A DNA stretch of 64,000 nucleotides, taken from a virus. The position numbers were made by a program, and so were the translations under genes. This document shows positions 37,844 to 45,441 of the stretch, in pieces. A model generated the notes under the pieces. That model worked only from the letters and a program-made list of their open reading frames with translations, ran no database searches and was not told the DNA's origin. Each line of letters opens with the position of its first letter. Within the stretch, counting starts at the first letter, position 1. Location of the stretch: positions 1-64,000 of IMG/VR virus record IMGVR_UViG_3300049830_000142; one strand, given 5' to 3'.

Positions 37844-38270
37844 CGGTTAGGATTATGGTTTGAAGACGTTGCAGATCTATCTCTGAAGGAAAGATGTATG
37901 TGAGCTGGGCTTTCTCCCATTCCTGGTCCTTAGAGACGGCTTTGAGATCCTTAGCTCTCTTTAGTTGTCGGAGCTTGATTAGGAAGCGATTGCCTTGTAA
38001 TGAGTCGTCTAATGTTATTCCATTAGGATCGTCATAGAAGTCCTGAGCATCTCTACTATTGAAATCATCCTCATCATCAAAAGAGTAGGTACGGATGTCA
38101 GAGTCAGGAGTGGAAAGAGCTCTGATAAGGTTTAGACATGAGGAATAGGCAGTATGGGTATTGATGTAACTGTCTATGGAACTCAGTTTGGTTAGGGTGC
38201 TGATAAGTCTCATTCTTTCATCAAAGGAAAGGGACTTGATAGAGGGGATATTGAAGAATGGTTTTGGCAT
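37818..38270 (-). CDS. hypothetical protein, paralog of 37472..37843
   Basis: FNIPSIKSLSFDERMRLISTLTKLS..RFLIKLRQ. Confidence 0.6.
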   Translation of the reverse strand: MPKPFFNIPSIKSLSFDERMRLISTLTKLSSIDSYINTHTAYSSCLNLIRALSTPDSDIRTYSFDDEDDFNSRDAQDFYDDPNGITLDDSLQGNRFLIKLRQLKRAKDLKAVSKDQEWEKAQLTYIFPSEIDLQRLQTIILTDEQRNLQH

Positions 38271-38367
38271 GAGATTAGTACTGGGAAGGGGAATGTGGTA
38301 ATAAAGGTAAAGACGAATCCTCTACTACTAATATCTAAAAAATTGGACTTATACGACTCATCACCTC

Positions 38368-38549
38368 TCCCAACGACTGGGTAAGCAACCATTGCTGGTC
38401 GCCTACCCTTTATCGTCGGGATACTTGGTTAGACTGAGGAACCGTAGCAGGAGATGGTGGACAGAGGTTTTGACACCCCCGCCCACCAATCCCTTCTGCA
38501 ACGCAGAACTCAAGGCTTGCGCCGAGCTCTGCTAGGAGGTCTAACCAAG
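38368..38549 (-). ncRNA. candidate structured RNA (four-way junction plus long hairpin, two GCAA tetraloops)
   Basis: Manually found stems: 11-bp CTTGGTTAGAC/GTCTAACCAAG closing three internal hairpins, and a 13-bp stem with GCAA loop nested in a 9-bp stem. The G-U pairs work only on the minus strand. Confidence 0.55.
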
Positions 38550-38573
38550 GACTGTGAGGACTCCCCGGTAAAT

Positions 38574-38729
38574 TTACTTCGCAGAAGGAGTTACCGTATG
38601 TGCCGTATGGGTCTTGATGATCCCAGGCTGCGCGTCGTTTTGGGGGTTCAGATTGCCCGGATTACGAATAACCCAGCCACCGGCGAACCCACACAGGAGC
38701 ATTATTGAGGCGATAACCGTGAATTTCAT
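38574..38729 (-). CDS. 51-aa signal-peptide/TM microprotein (not in the ORF track)
   Basis: MKFTVIASIMLLCGFAGGWVIRNPG...SAK*, downstream of the minus-strand GGTATAAT element at 38819. Confidence 0.5.
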   Translation of the reverse strand: MKFTVIASIMLLCGFAGGWVIRNPGNLNPQNDAQPGIIKTHTAHTVTPSAK

Positions 38730-38818
38730 GGTCTTAATATTTTCTTACATTGTTTATGTTGCAGTTGGCAGAATACCTTCCCCCGGGCTTGTGAAGGCCC
38801 AGAATACTCTGTCAAGAC

Positions 38819-38931
38819 ATTATACCGTGTATTAGCCTAGTTCTGGCCCGGGGGTGTCTAAACCACATATATGTACGCGATAGGCGATATACCCCTCCCC
38901 CTAAGCTTATAATCGGAAATCAAGGTATAAT
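38819..38931. promoter_or_regulatory. divergent pair of C-tract..GGTATAAT promoter-like elements
   Basis: Minus: GACACCCCC (38850-38858)-N23-GGTATAAT (38819-38826). Plus: CCCCTCCCCCTAAGC (38892-38906)-N17-GGTATAAT (38924-38931). Confidence 0.65.
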
Positions 38932-39127
38932 GAATTGAGAAGGGCTTTTATAGCCTAGAAAATTAAAGTATGTCAAATACCCCTCCCCCTGCAAAGGTGG
39001 CCTCGTCCGATCCTTTGTTTGGTCTACGCCCCGACGAAATTAACATCTGCATGATAGACCCTAAGTTACGGGAGAAGGTCTTTCATGCTCTAAACAATCC
39101 CCCTCCCGTAGAAAGCAAAAAAACGAC

Positions 39128-39406
39128 ATGAATAAACTAATGCGGAGGTTAGCGAGACCTTCAACATATTTCATACTCGCAGCAGTATTAATGATTATGC
39201 TGCTTACTCCTCACAGCGACTATACGCACTCCTATCCTCATACCTTGTCCGGGTTGATAGGTTTGTGGTTATCTATAGTCTTACTGCTCTCCGGTATTTG
39301 GTTGGACAACAGCCTGAACATCACTCCTAAACATAAATTGCCTCATATGACATGCTTATTTGTGGGATTTGCTGTCATCGAAACAATCCTCCACTACTGC
39401 AACTAA
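39128..39406 (+). CDS. small multi-pass membrane protein
   Basis: Three hydrophobic segments in 92 aa. Confidence 0.6.
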   Translation: MNKLMRRLARPSTYFILAAVLMIMLLTPHSDYTHSYPHTLSGLIGLWLSIVLLLSGIWLDNSLNITPKHKLPHMTCLFVGFAVIETILHYCN

Positions 39407-39430
39407 ACAACAACCAAAAAAACTAAACTT

Positions 39431-39781
39431 ATGTCTGCATATCAGTTCAATTATAATGGTCATCTCCTTCCAATCAATCAACGCGACGTTGGCCGCCGCC
39501 CGCTTAGCAACAGTGCTACTGTTAACAACTTACCTGTTCACGCAGTTCCTAACCGGCCTGTCTTAAAGCTGTCATCCATTACAATGTATGGACTTTCGGT
39601 TCGTGAAGGTAAGGTTACACGATACGTTGCAGTAGTCATTGGCCACTACGAGCAAGGTGTTCATATTGAAAAACGTTACGCCGATGATGTTCCGGCTGGG
39701 AATGACCTTCCGCAAGAAATCCTCATGCCATTACAGTTTCATGAAACTGTGCCAGTAGCTGTGCAAGTTCGCCGCGCTTAA
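39431..39781 (+). CDS. hypothetical protein
   Basis: 116 aa after an A/C-rich leader. Confidence 0.55.
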   Translation: MSAYQFNYNGHLLPINQRDVGRRPLSNSATVNNLPVHAVPNRPVLKLSSITMYGLSVREGKVTRYVAVVIGHYEQGVHIEKRYADDVPAGNDLPQEILMPLQFHETVPVAVQVRRA

Positions 39782-39785
39782 ACAA

Positions 39786-39815
39786 TTGGAAGGATGGCTG
39801 ACACCATCCTTCCAA
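39786..39815. other. perfect 12-bp hairpin without a U-tract
   Basis: TTGGAAGGATGG-CTGACA-CCATCCTTCCAA between accessory genes. Confidence 0.7.
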
Positions 39816-39834
39816 CAACCTAAAAAAATTAATT

Positions 39835-40041
39835 ATGAAAGCAATCTTACTTCTACTAAAAATTGTTGGTGTCGTGTTAATGGCTTGAGGTTTTGTGGCT
39901 TTTGTGTATGGCCTAAACGCTGTTTTGGGCCTACCTAAACTGCCACTTGATACCTGTGTGTTCTATCTCGGCCAAGGGTTTGTCCTAATACTGTTTGGTT
40001 GCCTTTGTTGGGGACGAGGCCAACCTAAAAATAAGTTATGA
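39835..40041 (+). pseudogene. two-TM membrane protein interrupted by an in-frame TGA (not in the ORF track)
   Basis: MKAILLLLKIVGVVLMA*GFVAFVYGL...FVLILFGCLCWGRGQPKNKL*. TGA at 39886-39888; the final stop makes an ATGA overlap with 40038. Confidence 0.55.
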
Positions 40042-40463
40042 TCAACATCCGACTGAAGTTCTCGGCAGAAGATTTGCGCCGCATTCAACAGGCTGTCAAG
40101 ACTGACAATCCTGCCTTAATACCGTTCAACCAGAATTACGTGACTCTAGTGCACGCAGCTACGGAGGAAGATTTGGCAAAATGGAAACCGCTCCTACAGC
40201 CTTCACGAATGGTTGTCATGTTTCTGTGCAATGTTCACTGGAATCCTGCTTTGCAATGTGTTTCAGTTTCATGGCATGGTCAGGACTTGCATGACATGTT
40301 TGCACCAGGCGCTAATCACATTCTTCCTTTACGTGGTGTTAAAGGCACCTATATCACCGACTGTCAGACGATGGTCGAAACTCCAGGCGGCTTTGACACA
40401 GCAGAAGCGTTTCATGTAACGTTCATGGGATATGTCATTGCTGAAGCCACTAACCTCAACTAA
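40038..40463 (+). CDS. hypothetical protein
   Basis: 141-aa ORF in the accessory island. Confidence 0.6.
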   Translation: MINIRLKFSAEDLRRIQQAVKTDNPALIPFNQNYVTLVHAATEEDLAKWKPLLQPSRMVVMFLCNVHWNPALQCVSVSWHGQDLHDMFAPGANHILPLRGVKGTYITDCQTMVETPGGFDTAEAFHVTFMGYVIAEATNLN

Positions 40464-40470
40464 ACAAAAA

Positions 40471-40545
40471 ATGAAAATCATCGGATTCGCGGTGCTTACG
40501 GCGTTCTTCCTTTTATGGGTCGTCGTAAACCACGCATCACATTAA
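40471..40545 (+). CDS. 24-aa single-TM microprotein (not in the ORF track)
   Basis: MKIIGFAVLTAFFLLWVVVNHASH* exactly fills the gap between two genes and has an A-rich leader. Confidence 0.45.
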   Translation: MKIIGFAVLTAFFLLWVVVNHASH

Positions 40546-40552
40546 CAAAACT

Positions 40553-41185
40553 ATGATCCCGGACAAAGAGTTCGATCTGGTCTATGGTAAAGAATCTTCT
40601 GGCAGTTTGGGGTATTACGGAATTAAAATCTCTGTGTGTGCCTTCAGACCGTTGACCGACGCTGAAAAAGCGGAACAGAAGAAAGATCATGGCTTCCTGA
40701 AGTTGGAAGTCAAAAAATTGGAACACGTTTCAGACTCTACTTACAAGGCTCTGCAACTTGTTGAAGACGAAGTCATGGCGGCGTTGGCCGCTTCAAACCC
40801 TGACGAAATGCATAGTGCAGCCCAAGATAAGGCGAATCTCTTCGCACTGTTTCCTGGGTTGATTTTCGGTCAGGACATCCCAAATGGGTATTGTAGTCAA
40901 GGTTGCTGCCGGCACAAACCTTGGTTTAGAATCACAACAGCGATCGGCACGTTCAAGATTGGTTGGCGTAAGCGCGTCATCAACCTTGATTGGTCTGAAA
41001 CAGTCTGCACTAAGTCTGGTGAAGAGCTGTTTCCAAACGAAGATGTAACTAAGAGTGGTTGTGGCGAACACTACATCCATGCCTACGGTTACGACAAAGC
41101 CAGGGAGTATATCAAAGCAATCTTCGCAAGCGTCGTTGTTGCCCCTTCCCTCCCTGAACAACCACCAACCAAAAAACTGGAGTAG
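40553..41185 (+). CDS. phage hypothetical protein
   Basis: IPNGYC..CC.HKPWFRITT.IG.FKIGWRKRVINLDWS conserved-looking core. Confidence 0.7.
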   Translation: MIPDKEFDLVYGKESSGSLGYYGIKISVCAFRPLTDAEKAEQKKDHGFLKLEVKKLEHVSDSTYKALQLVEDEVMAALAASNPDEMHSAAQDKANLFALFPGLIFGQDIPNGYCSQGCCRHKPWFRITTAIGTFKIGWRKRVINLDWSETVCTKSGEELFPNEDVTKSGCGEHYIHAYGYDKAREYIKAIFASVVVAPSLPEQPPTKKLE

Positions 41186-41187
41186 CT

Positions 41188-41490
41188 ATGGACGAAAACA
41201 TTGGCAAAAAACTACTCAGCTATCTCGTCCTGTTCATCGCGATAATTGTAATGGCTTTTGGGTTAACGATGCTCTTGGAGAACCTTAGGCAGCGTAAACA
41301 CGATGAAGTTTGGCGGGCGGAAGCAGCTGAGTCGCAGACTTATACTGAAGGATTTTGCGCAGGTATGAGAGCGACCTTAAACAACGTTAAACTCGCAAAC
41401 ACTAATGTAGAATTGGCACCTATATTGGATGAAATGAACCGCCAGTACACGCTATACCATTCAAATAGTTTGGCGCGTGTAAAACCGTAA
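41188..41490 (+). CDS. membrane-anchored hypothetical protein
   Basis: N-terminal TM helix LLSYLVLFIAIIVMAFGLTMLL. Confidence 0.65.
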   Translation: MDENIGKKLLSYLVLFIAIIVMAFGLTMLLENLRQRKHDEVWRAEAAESQTYTEGFCAGMRATLNNVKLANTNVELAPILDEMNRQYTLYHSNSLARVKP

Positions 41491-41507
41491 AACATCTGCA
41501 ACAAAAC

Positions 41508-41969
41508 ATGAAAATACTCAAACTCGGAAAAAAAGCACATTGCCGGCGCATCAACGGCAAGGCCACACCCACTCACATGATCATTGACCGCGATGGTGGT
41601 CGTCGTTATGTGGTGCAGCCTGAAGGTCTGAAAGCGGACAAGACACCTTATGACCGGATGAACTCTGTGGCTGAATCGGAATTCACGGATGCAAACAAGA
41701 TGGACGTGCCAGATATTGATCCGGCTTACTTCGACATGGAAGTCGAAGACACCATGACTGGCTACAAAGGTGTTATCACGCACTTCATTTTCCATCTCGG
41801 CGGCTGTGTCCACGCTGCGGTCCAAAGCCAGAAGCCTAGCAAGACTGGGCCTACCTGGAACATCGAGGAAGTGGACGTCCGGAAGTTGAAAGGCAAGGGC
41901 ATCAAAAAGCTGCTTGACGCCGTCACTAAGGCTGACCGGCCTAGCCCGGACATGAACTTCGTGCTCTGA
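41508..41969 (+). CDS. phage hypothetical protein with SH3-like halves
   Basis: VEDTMTGYKGVIT..LGGCVHAAVQ. Confidence 0.7.
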   Translation: MKILKLGKKAHCRRINGKATPTHMIIDRDGGRRYVVQPEGLKADKTPYDRMNSVAESEFTDANKMDVPDIDPAYFDMEVEDTMTGYKGVITHFIFHLGGCVHAAVQSQKPSKTGPTWNIEEVDVRKLKGKGIKKLLDAVTKADRPSPDMNFVL

Positions 41970-42012
41970 TTCGTAACAAGGTTGGTGGCACCTGGAAGCC
42001 ACCTCTCCATTT

Positions 42013-42618
42013 ATGGAAAATAAACCAACAGCCAGCGTGTCTGACTTAGTTGATCAGCTTGCGAGTAGCCTAGTAATTACACCTAGGTTGATTGGACAAT
42101 CTTGTGTTAACTCCAAAGTGTCGCGTGGTAAACGAATGGGACTATATTTTGTTCAAAGCGGTAAGTGTCATTATTGTCGTAACTTTACAAAGCTTGATAA
42201 GTGGACTGTTGACCATAAAATACCACTTATCAGAGGTGGAACTAACGATGTAAGTAATCTCGTTGGGTGCTGCAGTTCTTGCAACCACTTAAAAGACTGG
42301 TTAACAGATGTGGAGTTCTCCACAATACCTCATGAGCTTATTGTGGAGGTTACGTCAGAAATTGATAGGCGCGAACCTGTATTCAGAACTATCAATGACA
42401 ACGTGCTTCTTGACACAGCTCGCAGGTTAGAGACGGCGGTGAGTAAAAACGATATGACCGCGGTGAAACATCTAAACAATTACCTGGTAAGCTGCATACA
42501 ACAACGACAGCAACAACGACAGAAATATGGTAAGGAGGTCCCCTCAATAATCGGACCTATCCTTAAGAGTGCCTCGGAAAAATTGGCAGAATGCAAACAG
42601 CTGTCTACAAGTGTGTGA
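42013..42618 (+). CDS. HNH endonuclease with a C-terminal helical extension
   Basis: CHYC..TVDHKIPLIRGGTNDVSNLVGCCSSCNHLK. Confidence 0.85.
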   Translation: MENKPTASVSDLVDQLASSLVITPRLIGQSCVNSKVSRGKRMGLYFVQSGKCHYCRNFTKLDKWTVDHKIPLIRGGTNDVSNLVGCCSSCNHLKDWLTDVEFSTIPHELIVEVTSEIDRREPVFRTINDNVLLDTARRLETAVSKNDMTAVKHLNNYLVSCIQQRQQQRQKYGKEVPSIIGPILKSASEKLAECKQLSTSV

Positions 42619-42642
42619 GGGAATATGGCACTGCCAAACTAA

Positions 42643-42667
42643 GGGAGGCTTCGGCCTCTCTTTTTTT
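42643..42667 (+). terminator. intrinsic terminator with a UUCG loop
   Basis: GGGAGGC-TTCG-GCCTCTC followed by T7. Confidence 0.85.
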
Positions 42668-42680
42668 AGCTAACAATAAT

Positions 42681-42708
42681 TTGACAACAAACAAGCATGG
42701 AGTATATT
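42681..42708 (+). promoter_or_regulatory. sigma70 promoter, leaderless
   Basis: TTGACA-N16-TATATT, then 5 nt, then ATG 42714. Confidence 0.7.
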
Positions 42709-42713
42709 ACATT

Positions 42714-43154
42714 ATGATAGAGATTTACACGGATGGTGGCAACAGCTCTAAGAAGAAGGCAGGTGGTTGTAGCGCTGTCATCTGTAAAGGACCTGAGATC
42801 TTAAAGGAGCTCTCTCAAGGTTATGATAACAACCCTACTAATAACATGATGGAGTTGGGTGGAGTTATCTTAGGATTGACCTATATGCTCGAGCATCCTG
42901 AGCTAGGTAAGGAAGTCACTGTCATTAGTGATAGTGAGTATATTGTTAAAGGAGCCTCTACTTGGTTAGAGAACTGGAAGAAGAAAGACTGGAAAGGTAT
43001 GGGTGGTCCAGTTAAGAATAAGCCTCTCTGGGAAGCTGTAGACTATCTTAAGTCACAGCTCACTATAACCTGGAAATGGGTGAGAGGACATGACGGTAAT
43101 GCCAGAAATGAAATAGCCGATAAGTTGGCAGTCAAAGCATACAAAGATTTATAA
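42714..43154 (+). CDS. rnhA: ribonuclease HI
   Basis: IYTDGG, TNNMMEL, SDSEY, NWKKKDWK, VKNKPLW, WVRGHDG..NEIADKLA. Confidence 0.92.
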   Translation: MIEIYTDGGNSSKKKAGGCSAVICKGPEILKELSQGYDNNPTNNMMELGGVILGLTYMLEHPELGKEVTVISDSEYIVKGASTWLENWKKKDWKGMGGPVKNKPLWEAVDYLKSQLTITWKWVRGHDGNARNEIADKLAVKAYKDL

Positions 43155-43724
43155 GAGTTTACAGTTCTCTTGTATCTTTTTAACTTGATTGTAAAATTCA
43201 GTACTGGTTAAAGTACCTTTCATCTTATTACAAATCCAGCAGCAGGCTACACAATTGCTAACTGTGTAGCCTATGGTGTTGTTAACTCTATCAATACCAT
43301 TATGTAAGTAAGTACCATTTGCACTACGATTTTTATATTCTTGTGTAGGCAATTGGTTGCAATAATGACAATTTTCTTTTGTAATTTTTTCGAATAGTTC
43401 CATATCTATGTCAAAGGCTAAACCACGTTTTAATGCGCCTTGACGATATTTAGAATACAACGCATTTTTTGAAGCCTGACCCACTGCTATTTTATTACTT
43501 TCTCCTAATTTTTTTGTAAGTTCCGCATGGAAACATCCACAAGACGTTGCATGTCCTGTTCTTACTGAATTAAACCTAGTTGTATGTGTTTTACCGCAGT
43601 CACATTTGAATAAACCTATCCTATGTTGGCTCTTTTTAACGCATACTGGTGGGTTAACCTCTCGAATATAGGTAAGTCTCCCGAATCTTTCGCCTTTAGC
43701 TATCTTAATTCTATTTATACTCAT
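43149..43724 (-). CDS. free-standing HNH endonuclease
   Basis: FGRLT..CDCG..SCGC; CHYC..NGIDRVNNTIGYTVSNCVACCWICNKMK. Start at the second ATG, 6 nt from the -10 box. Confidence 0.85.
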   Translation of the reverse strand: MSINRIKIAKGERFGRLTYIREVNPPVCVKKSQHRIGLFKCDCGKTHTTRFNSVRTGHATSCGCFHAELTKKLGESNKIAVGQASKNALYSKYRQGALKRGLAFDIDMELFEKITKENCHYCNQLPTQEYKNRSANGTYLHNGIDRVNNTIGYTVSNCVACCWICNKMKGTLTSTEFYNQVKKIQENCKLL

Positions 43725-43730
43725 ATTCAT

Positions 43731-43795
43731 ATTCTAGACAACACTAATATAGGCGTCAATTAATAATTTGACATCTATGTATAATGAGGTATATT
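43731..43795. promoter_or_regulatory. back-to-back sigma70 promoters, both leaderless
   Basis: Minus: TTGACG-N17-TAGAAT (43759-43731). Plus: TTGACA-N16-TATATT (43768-43795). Each is 6 nt from an ATG. Confidence 0.7.
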
Positions 43796-43801
43796 TAATT
43801 T

Positions 43802-44059
43802 ATGAATATCCAAGAATATCCTATTGTTGAAAAATCTGTGTATAGCGGTGTAGCGTTAGGTGTGCAGCATCTTCTCAAAGATGTGTCTAATTTTAATAAA
43901 CCAGAAGTTGTTGTAGATACTATTGTCTATCATGTTATGAGCGAACTATGTGACGTAATAGACTTTGGTCAGACTGCTCTAAAGTTTTCTCCAGCGTTAA
44001 TGACAAAGATGTGGCAGGCGGCTCAAGAACAGGCTGAGAAAGAAGCACCGAAAGCTTAA
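43802..44059 (+). CDS. small hypothetical protein
   Basis: 85 aa directly after a promoter. Confidence 0.7.
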   Translation: MNIQEYPIVEKSVYSGVALGVQHLLKDVSNFNKPEVVVDTIVYHVMSELCDVIDFGQTALKFSPALMTKMWQAAQEQAEKEAPKA

Positions 44060-44060
44060 A

Positions 44061-44088
44061 TTGACGACAGCTACAGATTTGCTATCAT
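44061..44088 (+). promoter_or_regulatory. sigma70 promoter with extended -10, leaderless
   Basis: TTGACG-N16-(TGc)TATCAT, then 6 nt, then ATG 44095. Confidence 0.7.
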
Positions 44089-44094
44089 TAGTAT

Positions 44095-44484
44095 ATGAGT
44101 AAGCACAAACACGTAGAGAAGCCTAAGATTGCTTCCAAGGTTCTAACTATCGCAGCCGTAGCCATTGTCACTTTTGCCCTAGGCTTTGGTTGTAGGAAAC
44201 CAGCCAAGCCTAGCTTACCCGACCCAATCGTCGTTACTAACACCGTTACGTTAACTAACATCATAACGGCTACTAATCTAGTCACTAGTTTAGTTACTGT
44301 AACAAACACTATTGTTAAAGCAGATTTAGTGACACATGTACGCAACATCACTAATGAGACAACTCTCTACAAGTATGTTAGTGTTACCAATAGTGTAGTA
44401 CCTAAGACTTCCCCTTGGTGGGCCTATCGCCCTCACACCAATCCACCTCCTAAGAAGATGTACCCGGTGTTGATTAAGGAGTAA
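44095..44484 (+). CDS. membrane-anchored or lipoprotein-like Thr/Val/Asn-rich protein
   Basis: Hydrophobic helix ending FALGFGC, then VTNTVTLTN-type repeats. Confidence 0.65.
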   Translation: MSKHKHVEKPKIASKVLTIAAVAIVTFALGFGCRKPAKPSLPDPIVVTNTVTLTNIITATNLVTSLVTVTNTIVKADLVTHVRNITNETTLYKYVSVTNSVVPKTSPWWAYRPHTNPPPKKMYPVLIKE

Positions 44485-44488
44485 CCCT

Positions 44489-44530
44489 CCCCTCCCCCTC
44501 CTCTAATTTCGGGTTATTCCATGGTATTAT
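44489..44530 (+). promoter_or_regulatory. C-tract..GGTATTAT promoter-like element
   Basis: CCCCTCCCCCT (44489-44499), then GGTATTATGAAATGAG at 44523. Confidence 0.55.
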
Positions 44531-44577
44531 GAAATGAGGGTGTAATAGCCTTCGCTGAAAAGCACTGAAGAAACGTG

Positions 44578-44613
44578 GGTGAGCTAGGATCATAACCTGG
44601 CTCACCTTTCTCT
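44578..44613 (+). terminator. terminator-like hairpin in the leader of the third accessory island
   Basis: GGTGAGCTAGG/CCTGGCTCACC 11-bp stem followed by TTTCTCT. Confidence 0.5.
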
Positions 44614-44706
44614 ATTGTGGAGAACTTCTTAAGCTAAGTAAGCCATATACACTACCTCGGGTGTATATGATAATAGTCGTTTGAAAGCGGCAAGAGGTCT
44701 TCAGTT

Positions 44707-45009
44707 ATGTCAAACATACAATTCGAAAATTTCATAAGGCTCGCTTTGACTATGCGGGCTGTAAAAAGTGTCGTTAACGGTAAGGCCGACTTCAAAGAGA
44801 TCTCTCGCGTCGCTAGCAGCCTTGTGCGCCATTCGATATCTTTAGATAAACCAGTCATTGAGCTAATTAGCTACTTTCACTATTTTTATAGTCGTGGGCG
44901 CGACACCCGTATCGCCTCATTGATGGCTGTCATGCATGCGCTTCACCCTTTTAATGCTGATGGCAAACCGTTACATATTAGCATAATACCTTTTCAGGAA
45001 TTTGACTAA
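44707..45009 (+). CDS. hypothetical protein
   Basis: 100-aa ORF. Confidence 0.55.
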   Translation: MSNIQFENFIRLALTMRAVKSVVNGKADFKEISRVASSLVRHSISLDKPVIELISYFHYFYSRGRDTRIASLMAVMHALHPFNADGKPLHISIIPFQEFD

Positions 45010-45050
45010 TAACTTACACAGAATTTGAAATTTCAAAACAAAATCAAAAA

Positions 45051-45410
45051 ATGAAAACTTCAAGAGTGCTGTATGACCCAACATACACTCCAGTCAACTA
45101 TCAAGCCGCTTGTCTACTGTCACGGTCCAAGAATCCTGACGAAGACATTGCTGGCCTCTTTAATTCTGTAATGTCGAACATTCCACCCGAGTATCGTCTA
45201 CAAATGATTAAACGGGCTTTCACCTTGCAGTTACAGAGACATCCCATTCCTCCTGGAACGACATTGTTGACGCTGACTGATGTTTTGCCACAACCTGTTG
45301 TTGTGGACATTCTTCGAAAAACACTGGCATCGCTGCACCATTACAACGCCCGATTCCTAAGAGTGGGTGTTGTTCGTGCATATGCCTATTACTCACAATC
45401 GCTAGACTAA
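45051..45410 (+). CDS. hypothetical protein
   Basis: 119-aa ORF after an A-rich leader. Confidence 0.55.
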   Translation: MKTSRVLYDPTYTPVNYQAACLLSRSKNPDEDIAGLFNSVMSNIPPEYRLQMIKRAFTLQLQRHPIPPGTTLLTLTDVLPQPVVVDILRKTLASLHHYNARFLRVGVVRAYAYYSQSLD

Positions 45411-45441
45411 ACAAATAACCTCTGCAAACAAAAATAAAACT

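Noticed and set aside
38345-38366. Hammerhead-like TGATGAG on the minus strand
   Set aside because: It lacks the preceding C and the GAAA core after a stem II.
38210-38835. Track ORFs 38210..38392, 38454..38708 and 38614..38835
   Set aside because: They overlap the structured RNA candidate, promoter motifs and a better minus-strand microprotein; the sequences look non-protein-like.
41340-42002. 220-aa minus-strand ORF
   Set aside because: Antisense to two coherent plus-strand genes; no promoter or motif.
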